In this document: piece after piece, positions 40,629-49,742 of the stretch | How the letters are laid out: each line of letters starts with the position of its first letter | How positions within the stretch are numbered: the stretch's first letter is position 1 | Assembly (NCBI GenBank): GCA_027319905.1 | Contig: DAHVMJ010000001.1 | Location: 11,518 to 75,517, forward strand | Source: Candidatus Micrarchaeota archaeon | Lineage (GTDB): Archaea; Micrarchaeota; Micrarchaeia; Micrarchaeales; CABMGC01 | DNA: 64,000 nt | Direction: 5' to 3' | The notes under the pieces: generated by a model | Told to the model about the DNA's origin: nothing | Seen by the model: only the letters and a program-made list of their open reading frames with translations | Databases searched by the model: none | Program-made: the position numbers and the translations under genes

Positions 40629-42161
40629 ATGTTTTACCTAAGTAAAAGATTGAGGAGTATAGTAAATAAATTAGCTGGGACTCCTAAACCTGTCTCAGGC
40701 CCCCTCCGTTCCAGGCTAAGTTTTCTCATGGACATGGAGGAAGGGTACCGGATTGTGGAGCCGCTTGGGGGATTGGTGCCCAGGGCGCTGGGGAAGGATA
40801 GTACGGGTTACCGCTATATCGTCGGAAATGGGTGCGTGAGGCTGAGCGGCGTTGAGGTGCTGCACGCAGAGGAGGCGAAACACGCGGTTGTGGACGCGTT
40901 TGCCGGTTCCGGTGAAGCCGAGATGAGCGTGGGGGCCCTGGATAAGGCACGCAAAATAGCGGCGGGAAGCCTGCTCCAGAGCACGGCGAAAGAACGAGCC
41001 GATTTCATCTCATACCTGGTGGCTCACGACACCGTGGGCTACGGGCCGATAAGCATGCTGATGGAGGACAGGAAGAGGATAGAGGAGATAGAGATCAACG
41101 CGCCCTCGTCACGCATAAACGTATTCCACGTAGACTATGGAAGATGCTCGACAAACCTGAGATTTGCGAACGAGGATGCGTTTAGGCACAATATCAACAA
41201 GCTTATTTACGAGACGGATAAGGAACTGCGCGATGACACGCCAATCATAGATGCACAGGTCGGGGATGCGAGAGTGCATGCACAGATAAGACCCTATGCA
41301 CTGAGCGGTGCGGCTGCGTCTATACGTCTTGCAGACAACAGGCTTGTGGGCCCGAACTACCTGATAAAGAAAGGCACGACAGACTTCGACACGCTTGCGT
41401 ACCTCTGGCTAGCTGTGGACTCGGGACTGAACATCATAATAGCCGGAGCTCCGGCGAGCGGCAAGACAACCATGATGAGCGCACTCTTTGGATTGCTGCC
41501 AAGAACGGAGAAGATACTGACCATAGAGGAGGAGGTTAACGAGCTGAAGATAAAGCTGGATATAAACAACAGCGTTGCGCTCTACGGGGATGGCCGTGGA
41601 GGCAGAACGAATACACGGGAGCAAGTGATGAACGCCCTTCGCATGAGACCAGACAGGCTGGTCGTGGGAGAGGTGCGCGGCGCCGAGACCCGCGAGCTCT
41701 TCTCAGGCGCGAGCCTGGGCATTCCGTTCATGACAACGATGCACAGCAACTCAGGAGGCCTTGACATAGTGAAGAAGCTGATCATCACGCCCATGGATGT
41801 TGAGGTGCGTTCGCTGAGTTCGCTCGATATCGCGCTGTACATGAAGCACATAGATGTTTCGCGCAGGGTACTGGGTGAGGTGTACGAGTACAGGTGGCTT
41901 AGCAGGGCGGAGACGGAAAAGCTGGGCACGGTCATAGAGGGGAGCGACTCAGTCGATGTGAACTGTGCTGTCAGCAATGGCAGGCTGGACAGGGGCGCCA
42001 TTACTGGATCCAAAGTGGTGGAGGCGTTCTCTAAAAAGAACGGACTATCGAAAGCTTTGGTTGTGAAAGAGTTGGACAGGCGTTCAGAATTCCTGAGGGT
42101 AGCTTGCGAAGGATGCGCCAGTTCGGTCGAGGTCTTGGAGAAGATACAGGGATATGCATGA
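40629..42161 (+). CDS. Type II/IV secretion-family ATPase (archaeal type IV pilus/Tad assembly ATPase, FlaI/TadA-like)
   Basis: Walker A 'GAPASGKTT' and Walker B region 'RPDRLVVGEVRGAE'. The ORF opens at TTG 40608. ATG 40629 is preferred because TATA 'aagatataagaat' lies about 30 nt upstream. Confidence 0.85.
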   Translation: MFYLSKRLRSIVNKLAGTPKPVSGPLRSRLSFLMDMEEGYRIVEPLGGLVPRALGKDSTGYRYIVGNGCVRLSGVEVLHAEEAKHAVVDAFAGSGEAEMSVGALDKARKIAAGSLLQSTAKERADFISYLVAHDTVGYGPISMLMEDRKRIEEIEINAPSSRINVFHVDYGRCSTNLRFANEDAFRHNINKLIYETDKELRDDTPIIDAQVGDARVHAQIRPYALSGAAASIRLADNRLVGPNYLIKKGTTDFDTLAYLWLAVDSGLNIIIAGAPASGKTTMMSALFGLLPRTEKILTIEEEVNELKIKLDINNSVALYGDGRGGRTNTREQVMNALRMRPDRLVVGEVRGAETRELFSGASLGIPFMTTMHSNSGGLDIVKKLIITPMDVEVRSLSSLDIALYMKHIDVSRRVLGEVYEYRWLSRAETEKLGTVIEGSDSVDVNCAVSNGRLDRGAITGSKVVEAFSKKNGLSKALVVKELDRRSEFLRVACEGCASSVEVLEKIQGYA

Positions 42162-42811
42162 TGCGCGTGCGTCCGCATATGTTGGTGAAAACTATTGCGC
42201 TTGAGCTTGCGGCATTACTGCTTGCGCTCGTTGTCTATTATGCAAATGACCTTCCCGGGCCGGCGTGGTTTGCAGGTATTCTTGCTGCGGCCAACGCGTG
42301 CGCGCTTGCGATGTACGCACTACTCCAGGCAAACACGAGGACGTACCTGGAAAAGACCAGCGGATCCGCGTTCGTTGACTATCTTCACAGGGTTCTGTAT
42401 CGCGTGCGTTCCGGTCATTCCTATACGAGGTCGCTGGTGGAATCTGCAAAGGAGATACGCATTGAAAGCCTCAGAAGATCGACGCTGGTACACGCGCTGG
42501 GGCGCCTGATGGACTGGGATGCGGAACCTGCGGGGGAGGGAACTGGATGGATAGAGACAGAGATACAGAGGCATAGCCGCAGGGATGAGTCACGGAAGAC
42601 TGACATAGAGGAAGGCGCACAGCGATATGCCACCTTCAACATGTTCCTATCCACCGTTCTGCCTTCTTTTCTTGTCTTTGCCTTCATAGGCGACAGCATA
42701 CTCTCGCATGCCTATTTCGGCATGCTGCTCTTCTCCTTTTTCCTAGTGTTTATCATGCCAGTAATGTATTCTGCCGGAAGTTTTCTGATGTGGAGGCGGT
42801 TGTTTGCGTAG
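42158..42811 (+). CDS. Polytopic membrane protein, probable TadB/FlaJ-like platform half
   Basis: The ATG overlaps the ATPase stop (ATGA). TM helices flank a cytoplasmic helical domain. Assignment is from position within the pilus operon. Confidence 0.55.
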   Translation: MMRVRPHMLVKTIALELAALLLALVVYYANDLPGPAWFAGILAAANACALAMYALLQANTRTYLEKTSGSAFVDYLHRVLYRVRSGHSYTRSLVESAKEIRIESLRRSTLVHALGRLMDWDAEPAGEGTGWIETEIQRHSRRDESRKTDIEEGAQRYATFNMFLSTVLPSFLVFAFIGDSILSHAYFGMLLFSFFLVFIMPVMYSAGSFLMWRRLFA

Positions 42812-43433
42812 TACAATATCGGAGAGAAACAGGCAGGGAGACGAGCACGCGCTTGTGCTAGCACACGAGCTTGCTATGGAAAAAAAGAGGCTGCTGCTGA
42901 AGAGACTGTTTGCTTGTGCTGGCGGAAACGTACAGTTGGGAAGGATAGCCACGGAATTGCGTCTCACAGGCTCCTGCTGCGACACGCATTTGCTCTGTGC
43001 AAACGAGGCGACCGGAGAACTGATGGCGCTTGTGACCCAGGGAGTAGAGCGTGGCACAAACGTCAGCGTGGCGCTGGGCCTTTTGGAGACGCGCCTGGAA
43101 AACAGGATGCAGGAAGGGAATAGGTTTAAAGCAAAGGCTGGCGCGCCGCTTGCGCTGGTCTACATGGGGATGGGTGTCTTCTTCCCCCTCTTCTCAGGAA
43201 TAAGCGCAGTGATTCTGACAGGATCGCTCGGCGCGTCGAGCTCTGTGGGTTCTCTCGCACAGGGCTTCATGCTCGTTACGTCGCTATATGTGGCTGTCAC
43301 GCTCTGCCTCTCCGCTGCGTTCGCACATCCCGAAAGACGCGTAGTACAGAATATTGTTTCGATTCTTCCGTATCTCGGGCTGGGAATCACGATAACGCTT
43401 ACCTCGCATGCATATCTGACCGGAATACTATGA
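42804..43433 (+). CDS. TadC/FlaJ-like type II secretion F-domain membrane protein
   Basis: Cytoplasmic helical domain followed by 'PLALVYMGMGVFFPLFSGISAVIL...' TM helices. Overlaps the previous gene by 8 nt (TTG start; alternative ATG 42876). Confidence 0.6.
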   Translation: MRSTISERNRQGDEHALVLAHELAMEKKRLLLKRLFACAGGNVQLGRIATELRLTGSCCDTHLLCANEATGELMALVTQGVERGTNVSVALGLLETRLENRMQEGNRFKAKAGAPLALVYMGMGVFFPLFSGISAVILTGSLGASSSVGSLAQGFMLVTSLYVAVTLCLSAAFAHPERRVVQNIVSILPYLGLGITITLTSHAYLTGIL

Positions 43434-43442
43434 GGTGGAAAA

Positions 43443-43709
43443 ATGGAAAAGATTGGGAAGACAGTATACGGGCTCTTGCCAGCAGGCGCGCTTGCGTTTT
43501 TGGCGCTTGCCAAGAGCAAGAAGGCGCAGAGCTCCCTGGAGTACATAATGATGGTGGCCGCAGCGAGCATAGTGATCGTGCTGGCGCTGGCCATGGTCGT
43601 TAAGCTCAAGGGCGCTGTTGTGAGCAACGTGAGCATGAACGGCGCGAATGTGAGCGTCTCCAGCGCGATAAGCAGGGAACTTGCTTCGCTTACGAGCAAC
43701 AGCGTATAG
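43443..43709 (+). CDS. Type IV pilin-like protein (class III signal peptide) with an unusually long leader
   Basis: '...AKSKKAQSSLEYIMMVAAASIVIVLALAMVV'. GAGGTG Shine-Dalgarno 6 nt before ATG 43443; in-frame TTG at 43500. Confidence 0.7.
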   Translation: MEKIGKTVYGLLPAGALAFLALAKSKKAQSSLEYIMMVAAASIVIVLALAMVVKLKGAVVSNVSMNGANVSVSSAISRELASLTSNSV

Positions 43710-44086
43710 ATGAGGGCACGAGGGCCCAGCTGTCGCTAGAGCTTCTCCTCTATCTAGCTCTGGCTGGGCTCTCATTCGCTTTGGCGCTCGGAGCGGTGGC
43801 CAGAACCTATGCCGGCCTCTCCGGAAGCTTCGGCGCGTTCGAGATATCGCAATTAGTGGACTCGCTCAACACAGCCATGCTGGGCTCTTCATCCTCGGGC
43901 AACTTCTACCTGCCCCGCGGGCTGTGCAACTCCTCGATAGCCGGAAACTCTGTCTCTACAAGAGACGGCACGTTCTATTTCATCTACAGAGTCTCGGCGC
44001 AGAACGGTCTGATGTGCCCAGATGGTGAGTATGCGACAATCGGAATCAAGATAGAGAACGGGACAGCGTATCTTAGCCGTTCCTGA
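43710..44086 (+). pseudogene. Second pilin-like gene, reading frame broken after codon 4-5 (apparent 1-nt loss in GGGCCC)
   Basis: ATG at 43710 gives MRARGPSCR-stop. The overlapping frame reads ..RAQLSLELLLYLALAGLSFALALGAVARTY... continuing to 44086, but has no ATG/GTG/TTG before 43781. Adding one G restores MRARGAQLSLELLLYLALAG. Confidence 0.55.
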
Positions 44087-44215
44087 GGCTTGCGGAAGAA
44101 TGCAAACGCGGGTTCGTTGATCGTCAAATCAGTAAAACAATCAACGTATTTGCACATAAGCCGTATAAATCTGAAGCGCCAATTCTGCCTGGGGAAGACG
44201 TAAGATCGAGGAGGT

Positions 44216-45349
44216 GTGCCTATTGGGGAGTATGGCGCACGTGAAGCAAGGCTAAAGCAGATAGCTGAACTCAAGACAGAGTTGCTGAGCAAGGAAGCCT
44301 TCAACGTGCTGAAACACGAACTGCGGAAGAACGACAACGCTAGCGTAGGCGTTATTCTGGACAAGCTGCACTACGCCAAAAAAGTGATGAATGCAAAGAA
44401 CGCGGACGAGGCAAGCAGGAAGGTGCTACTCAAGATCACGCGGTTGCAGCTCATGGCTGCGAGAGGGGCGGTGAAGGACGAGGAGACCAATGAGGCGATA
44501 AGCGCACTTGCCGAGTATGTTCTCGAGCACCTGGGCAATAGAGAGTGGTCGGCGCTAGCGCTTACGCTGGATGAGGCGCATCCTGGCCTCAGAATAGCGC
44601 CGGACCTTGTGCGTTTGCTTTTGGTGAGCGAGAACCCGGAGGCCGCTGTCAGGAAGTACAAGAAGGAAGCGGAAGCGGCAATGGACGCGGCGCCGTTTTC
44701 GTTCAGGGCAAGTGTGGTAAGCAGCATAGAGCACGGAGTGGCGAGAAAGGGACCCGAACACATAGTCCCGTTCGTAGAGAGCGAGATCGACTGGGGCACG
44801 GGCAAGATAAAGGCGAAGTACCTCTTCCTCATGGCCAGGTACGAAACGGACACGAAGGTAAATGGACCTGTCATAAACGTGGCCAATCTGGCGTTGAATC
44901 CAGTTCCAGAATACGAGCCCTTGGGAGCGAAGCTCAAAGTGGAGAAGCTGGGAAGGCTCAGGCTTGTGGCCGCGCTGAGCAGGATACACTGGATACCGTA
45001 CATCGTGCCGGTCGAGCTTATAGAGACGACGCACAGCGGAAAGCTAAAGGTCACGGCGATGCCTGACACAAACAGCGTGATATACGGGCACGGGTTCGTC
45101 TTTGTGACCGCCCATCCCGAGTCAACGTACACGACCATACTTGAACTCAACCCAGAGCTGCATCGCTGGATTCACGCGAGCCAGGAGGCGTTCCTGGCGA
45201 TAGAGATGCAACAGGCACCTGGATGGTACAAGGAGGGAGACAGGCACGACAAGATGGAGATTAAAATGGTACTCAGGAAGACGCCGAACATGAACGAGGT
45301 ACTTGCCAAGAACCTGAGACTGAAGAACGAGCTGATGCTCGCAGCCTAA
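44216..45349 (+). CDS. Hypothetical protein (377 aa) downstream of the pilus locus
   Basis: GTG start preceded by GAGGAGGT Shine-Dalgarno and TATA 'ccgtataaatc'. No motif recognised. Confidence 0.55.
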   Translation: MPIGEYGAREARLKQIAELKTELLSKEAFNVLKHELRKNDNASVGVILDKLHYAKKVMNAKNADEASRKVLLKITRLQLMAARGAVKDEETNEAISALAEYVLEHLGNREWSALALTLDEAHPGLRIAPDLVRLLLVSENPEAAVRKYKKEAEAAMDAAPFSFRASVVSSIEHGVARKGPEHIVPFVESEIDWGTGKIKAKYLFLMARYETDTKVNGPVINVANLALNPVPEYEPLGAKLKVEKLGRLRLVAALSRIHWIPYIVPVELIETTHSGKLKVTAMPDTNSVIYGHGFVFVTAHPESTYTTILELNPELHRWIHASQEAFLAIEMQQAPGWYKEGDRHDKMEIKMVLRKTPNMNEVLAKNLRLKNELMLAA

Positions 45350-45397
45350 ACAAAAAGGAATCGTTTTATACCTGCACTTCCGAATTAAAGCGATTGA

Positions 45398-46015
45398 ATG
45401 GTTGATCTACTTACGACAGTCGGAATAGTGGTCGTTGTCATAGTCGCAGCGGCGGTGCTGATATTCAACGGCCTGATAGGCAAACGCAACCGCGTTCAGG
45501 ATGCGTGGGCGCAGATAGACGTGCAGCTGAAGCGAAGGTATGATCTCATCCCCAACCTTGTGGAAACTGTAAAGGGATACATGAAGTACGAGAAGAGCGT
45601 GCTCACTCAGATCACGCAGCTGCGGAGCTCGATAGTATCTGGAAGCGTGCAGGACAAGGCGCAGGCGAACAACATGCTCAGCGGTGCGCTGAAGAGCCTC
45701 TTTGCAGTGGCGGAGAACTACCCTGACCTGAAGGCCTCGCAGACCTACCAGAACCTGCAGACAGAACTCGAGAACACGGAGAACAAGATCTCCTTTGTCA
45801 GGACATCGTACAACGACTACGTGCTTGATTACAACAATGCGATCCAGCAGTTCCCAGGCAACATACTCGCGGGCCCGATGGGCTTCAAGCGCATGGACTT
45901 CTTCCAGGCGCCAGAGGAAGAGACGGGCGCGATAAAGGTCGACCTGACGAGCGACAACAGCGGTACCGGATCGGCGCCAACTGCGCCGGGATCCAAAGCG
46001 CAGAAGAAGCAGTAA
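45398..46015 (+). CDS. lemA: LemA-family membrane protein
   Basis: N-terminal TM, 'NRVQDAWAQIDVQLKRRYDLIPNLVETVKGY' and 'AENYPDLKAS'. Confidence 0.9.
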   Translation: MVDLLTTVGIVVVVIVAAAVLIFNGLIGKRNRVQDAWAQIDVQLKRRYDLIPNLVETVKGYMKYEKSVLTQITQLRSSIVSGSVQDKAQANNMLSGALKSLFAVAENYPDLKASQTYQNLQTELENTENKISFVRTSYNDYVLDYNNAIQQFPGNILAGPMGFKRMDFFQAPEEETGAIKVDLTSDNSGTGSAPTAPGSKAQKKQ

Positions 46016-46027
46016 CGGTGAAGCAGC

Positions 46028-46924
46028 ATGGCCAGTTTCTTTGACGAAATAGCGCGCAATAATCTCAAATCCTTCCTACTGCTTGCCATATTCGCCGCCT
46101 TATTCATCGGCATAATCTACCTGGTAGTGTACCTGCTCGGCGGCGGCATCTTCGCATTCGCCATTGGCGCTATGATAGTGCTGCTCTATGCCGTATTCAC
46201 GTATTACAGCGGGGACAGGGTGGTGCTCGCGGTTTCCAAGGCGAAGGAAGCCGACGAGAAACAGTACCAGAACCTCTACGCATCTGTAGAAGGGCTTTCA
46301 TCGGCGATGCAGATCAAGATGCCGAAGATCTACATAATAAACGACCCGAACCCCAATGCCTTCGCCACGGGAAGGAAGAGCAAGCCCTCTATTGCATTTA
46401 CAACCGGGCTTCTGCAGATGATGGGCAGGGACGAGCTCGAGGGCGTAATCTCGCATGAGCTGTCACACATATCAGACAACGATACACTGGTGATGACTGT
46501 CGCAATAGCGTTTGCCGGAGCGATAGGACTCATCGCCGCGTACCTGAGGCTGTCCGTATTCTTTGGGGGCTTTGGAGGCAGGGGCAGAAACAACGAAGGC
46601 CCGCTCCTGCTGGTTGCACTTGCGGTAGGAATACTTGCGCCGCTCTTCGCGCTGCTAACGCGCCTTGCGATATCGAGGAGGAGGGAGTATATGGCCGACG
46701 CGAACGGGGCCAGGGTCACAAGAAACCCTGCCGAACTCGCGAGCGCGCTAAAGAAGATACAGGCGTATGAGAAGAACCCGAACAGTACTCCAGTAGCGCA
46801 CGCAAACGAGGTGACGGCTTCGCTGTACTTCGCAAACCCATTCAAGGCGGGCAACTTCGCCAACATCTTTTCGACGCATCCGCCGATAGAGGAGAGAATA
46901 AAGAGACTGCAGACGATGTACTAG
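46028..46924 (+). CDS. htpX: HtpX-like M48 zinc metalloprotease
   Basis: 'HELSHI' zinc motif, TM helices, and 'EYMADANGA'. Confidence 0.9.
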   Translation: MASFFDEIARNNLKSFLLLAIFAALFIGIIYLVVYLLGGGIFAFAIGAMIVLLYAVFTYYSGDRVVLAVSKAKEADEKQYQNLYASVEGLSSAMQIKMPKIYIINDPNPNAFATGRKSKPSIAFTTGLLQMMGRDELEGVISHELSHISDNDTLVMTVAIAFAGAIGLIAAYLRLSVFFGGFGGRGRNNEGPLLLVALAVGILAPLFALLTRLAISRRREYMADANGARVTRNPAELASALKKIQAYEKNPNSTPVAHANEVTASLYFANPFKAGNFANIFSTHPPIEERIKRLQTMY

Positions 46925-47094
46925 AACTTCCTGCTCTCGCGCTCCACGTACCGCCTGAACTGACCAGCATAGTAGAAGAAGATGACGGTAACTGGCGCTG
47001 AGACCCAGCCAGCGAGACCAAACATGCCGCCGAGCACGGCGGATACGCCTCCGATGTAGAAAAGGAAACTGTAGTTCGACCATCCGATCCTCAT
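46921..47094 (-). CDS. Candidate 57-aa two-TM protein (unannotated)
   Basis: Own translation: MRIGWSNYSFLFYIGGVSAVLGGMFGLAGWVSAPVTVIFFYYAGQFRRYVERESRKF. Its stop overlaps the htpX stop on the opposite strand. Confidence 0.3.
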   Translation of the reverse strand: MRIGWSNYSFLFYIGGVSAVLGGMFGLAGWVSAPVTVIFFYYAGQFRRYVERESRKF

Positions 47095-47241
47095 GCTGTC
47101 TATGAATTCGGCTATGGTCGAGCGTGACGCGTGTCTGGCAAGTCTCCTTATGACAGGTATCCAATCGCCTTGTGGAGGTTTTCCTTGTGGAAAATAGCTT
47201 TATAATTTTTGACCCTTGCGAAGGAAAAGCGGAAGAAAAGG

Positions 47242-48711
47242 TCAGGAGAGCAGGTTGTTGAGTTGCGGATACTGCTCGAGCGCGTGCTCCTGCTCAAGCT
47301 GCTGGTAGACCATGTACATTATCCCGACGGTAAGCAGGATGCCCATTCCTGTTCCTACAGCGCCGGTGAGTGTGGCGAGCGCCGCAAGCAGCGCAACGAA
47401 TACGCTGCCCAGCACGGTTATCGTGGGTATGTATTTGTTGAGTATGCTCTCCACTATGCGCGGATCCCTCCTGAATCCCGGTACCTGCCAACCCACATCC
47501 TCGAGTTGCTCGGCCACATGCTTGGGGCTCTGGCCGGTCATCTCTATCCAGAACCTTCCGAACACGACCGCGAGCACCACGAGCACCAGCGTGTATATTA
47601 TTATGTGCACGTACTCGGGTACGGCGACGATGCCGCCCCACGGCAGGTAGAGCTGGCTGGTCCCGGTTGCGAGGTAGGAGAAGTAGGCGCTGTATCCGCC
47701 TATGCCTCCGTAGGTGGTGGAGTAGGGGAGCGGAAAGTTGGGGGATATCAGGTAGATGAGCCCGCCCACCAGGTTGAGCGATGATGCGCCTGTAGCTGAA
47801 GGTGCGACCTGGTAAAGGGCTATGAACTTTGCAAGGTTGGCGAACGAGCCGGTTACTCCGGCGAAGAACCTGAACCATACGGTCATGCTCAGCTCGAACG
47901 ATGTGGCGAGTATCACCGGAAGCACGCTGACGTAGAGGAAGGGTATCGGCAGCCTGCCGCCTATGCCCCTGAGCTGGCTGAAGACGAGCGGTATCTCAAC
48001 CTTCATGTCGTATGCGTAGATGCTCACGAGAAAGACTATTATCGCGAAGAAGAGCGGGCCGAACGCGAGAATCGCATTTGGAATAGCAGTGGCGCCTCCG
48101 CTCTGTATGGCCTGTATCGCCTCGCCGAGCAGGATAGTGCTCGTTCCCGCGATTATAGCGTATGCAACCCCTCCGGCTATGAAGAGGTTTATGCCTGAGG
48201 TTATGCCCCACTTTGTCATCGCCTCATCGAGGAAGATTATGAATATGGCGCTTATAGCCAGCTGGAAGACCACCACGCCTATGTACGCGTTGCTTACCAG
48301 GGGAACATAGCCTGTTGCGACGAAGATGTATGCCTCGACGATCGCTATGGCCATGGCCGCCAGCTTCTGTATTGCCTGGAACCTGCCCTTCTGCTCTGGG
48401 TCATTGAGGTCGATCTGGAACAGCCCGGCTCCTATTATCAGCTGCAGCACTATGCTGGAGAGCACTATGGGGCCTATGCCCACTGTGATGAGGCTGCCTA
48501 TTCGCGATGCGAAGATGACGCTGATGAGCTGTATGAGCGGCTGGTTTATCGTCGCGGTGCTCACCCCGAAGGCCGGAGTGCTGAACATCATGAAGTAGAC
48601 GCCCATTATTATAGCGGTCCACTTGAGTTTCTGCCTGAATGATAGTGGAGACTCGGGTTTGCCTATGCCGGGCACGTATTTCAATATGGAATCGAGGAAA
48701 GCCAGGTTCAT
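47242..48711 (-). CDS. secY: Protein translocase subunit SecY
   Basis: 489 aa, 10 TM. 'KLKWTAIIMGVYFMM' and 'GIGPIVLSSIVLQL' are typical SecY/Sec61alpha blocks. Confidence 0.95.
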   Translation of the reverse strand: MNLAFLDSILKYVPGIGKPESPLSFRQKLKWTAIIMGVYFMMFSTPAFGVSTATINQPLIQLISVIFASRIGSLITVGIGPIVLSSIVLQLIIGAGLFQIDLNDPEQKGRFQAIQKLAAMAIAIVEAYIFVATGYVPLVSNAYIGVVVFQLAISAIFIIFLDEAMTKWGITSGINLFIAGGVAYAIIAGTSTILLGEAIQAIQSGGATAIPNAILAFGPLFFAIIVFLVSIYAYDMKVEIPLVFSQLRGIGGRLPIPFLYVSVLPVILATSFELSMTVWFRFFAGVTGSFANLAKFIALYQVAPSATGASSLNLVGGLIYLISPNFPLPYSTTYGGIGGYSAYFSYLATGTSQLYLPWGGIVAVPEYVHIIIYTLVLVVLAVVFGRFWIEMTGQSPKHVAEQLEDVGWQVPGFRRDPRIVESILNKYIPTITVLGSVFVALLAALATLTGAVGTGMGILLTVGIMYMVYQQLEQEHALEQYPQLNNLLS

Positions 48712-49722
48712 CTACGCCACTTTGTTATTGAAGCCTTCTAATACCTCCATCTTAACGTTATAAACCCCTCTGCCGCTCAGGGTTCTCGACACCTTCACGT
48801 TCCTTCCGTATGCTCCCTTTACGATCCCCGACATGAACGCGGAGGTGATATCCACAAATCTTCCCAGAGAAGTCTCGGATCTGTAGGAAAGGGTGATGCT
48901 TACCCCGTGCTTCTTTGCTGAAGTCACCTTTGCGCCATCAAGGCCTACAAACAATGCGGCAAGAGCAACCTCTCGCTCCGGCCTTGGCAGATGCCCCTCT
49001 GCGGTCATCTTGCCGAGTAGGTACAGGAACTTCAGGCTCTCTGAGAAGACCGGCTCGGAGAAGAGTGGTATCGTCTCGAGCACGTAGTAACCGTGCCAGC
49101 CGCGCTGCGTCTCTGCATGCTCAACCGCGTACCTGAGCGCGCGCAGTATGTCAGCAAACTCTAGCGAGTGGTGCAGGTCTGCATGCAGTGAGCCCGGCTT
49201 TGCGAGGAACATGCAGTGGTTGGAACCGTTGAAGACGCACGCCGTCTCCTCAGCGATGACACTGCGCCCCGCGTGCGCTGAAAGGTAGCCTGAGATTATT
49301 CCGGATTCGAAGACGTGGAGGTTGACGCCCAGACTTTTATCCCAGTGCTTGAGAGCGCGTGAAGTGAAAGTGCTTCTTGACTCGAAGGGGTAGTACACGA
49401 TTTTCCCGAGTCCCGCGTTCTCGAGAAGACGCTGCAGCGGGCCCATGCTCCCTCCTGATTTTCTGTATGCTTCTGCGCCGAGGTTGAAGCCTGACTTGAA
49501 GGCGAGGACGCGCAGCTCTGGAGCCGAGCTGTAGAATATATCTTGTATCTGCAACCCTCGCAGAGGGACGGTATGCCCAGCCTCCGTGGCTCTCTTGAGC
49601 AGGAGCTCTTCGTTGTTTCCCGAGATTGTGCGCTCTGCAGCGTGCGGAATCCGGCCGCGCTGTCTTTTCTTGGCTACTGTACGCCTCTGCACCTTTGCCG
49701 TCTTCACCTTCCTAGCCTGCAT
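48712..49722 (-). CDS. V4R-domain (4-vinyl reductase-like) protein
   Basis: 'LHVFESGIISGYLSAHAGRSVIAEETACVFNGSNHCMFLA' fits the V4R pattern (E..C...G...C.F). Trimmed to Met74 of ORF 48712..49941 because the longer form overlaps the upstream gene. Confidence 0.55.
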   Translation of the reverse strand: MQARKVKTAKVQRRTVAKKRQRGRIPHAAERTISGNNEELLLKRATEAGHTVPLRGLQIQDIFYSSAPELRVLAFKSGFNLGAEAYRKSGGSMGPLQRLLENAGLGKIVYYPFESRSTFTSRALKHWDKSLGVNLHVFESGIISGYLSAHAGRSVIAEETACVFNGSNHCMFLAKPGSLHADLHHSLEFADILRALRYAVEHAETQRGWHGYYVLETIPLFSEPVFSESLKFLYLLGKMTAEGHLPRPEREVALAALFVGLDGAKVTSAKKHGVSITLSYRSETSLGRFVDITSAFMSGIVKGAYGRNVKVSRTLSGRGVYNVKMEVLEGFNNKVA

Positions 49723-49742
49723 TACAAACAACGCGAGGACGG

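Noticed and set aside
47209-47878. 191-aa plus-strand and 194-aa minus-strand (off-frame) ORFs within secY
   Set aside because: These are shadow frames of the highly biased SecY coding sequence.
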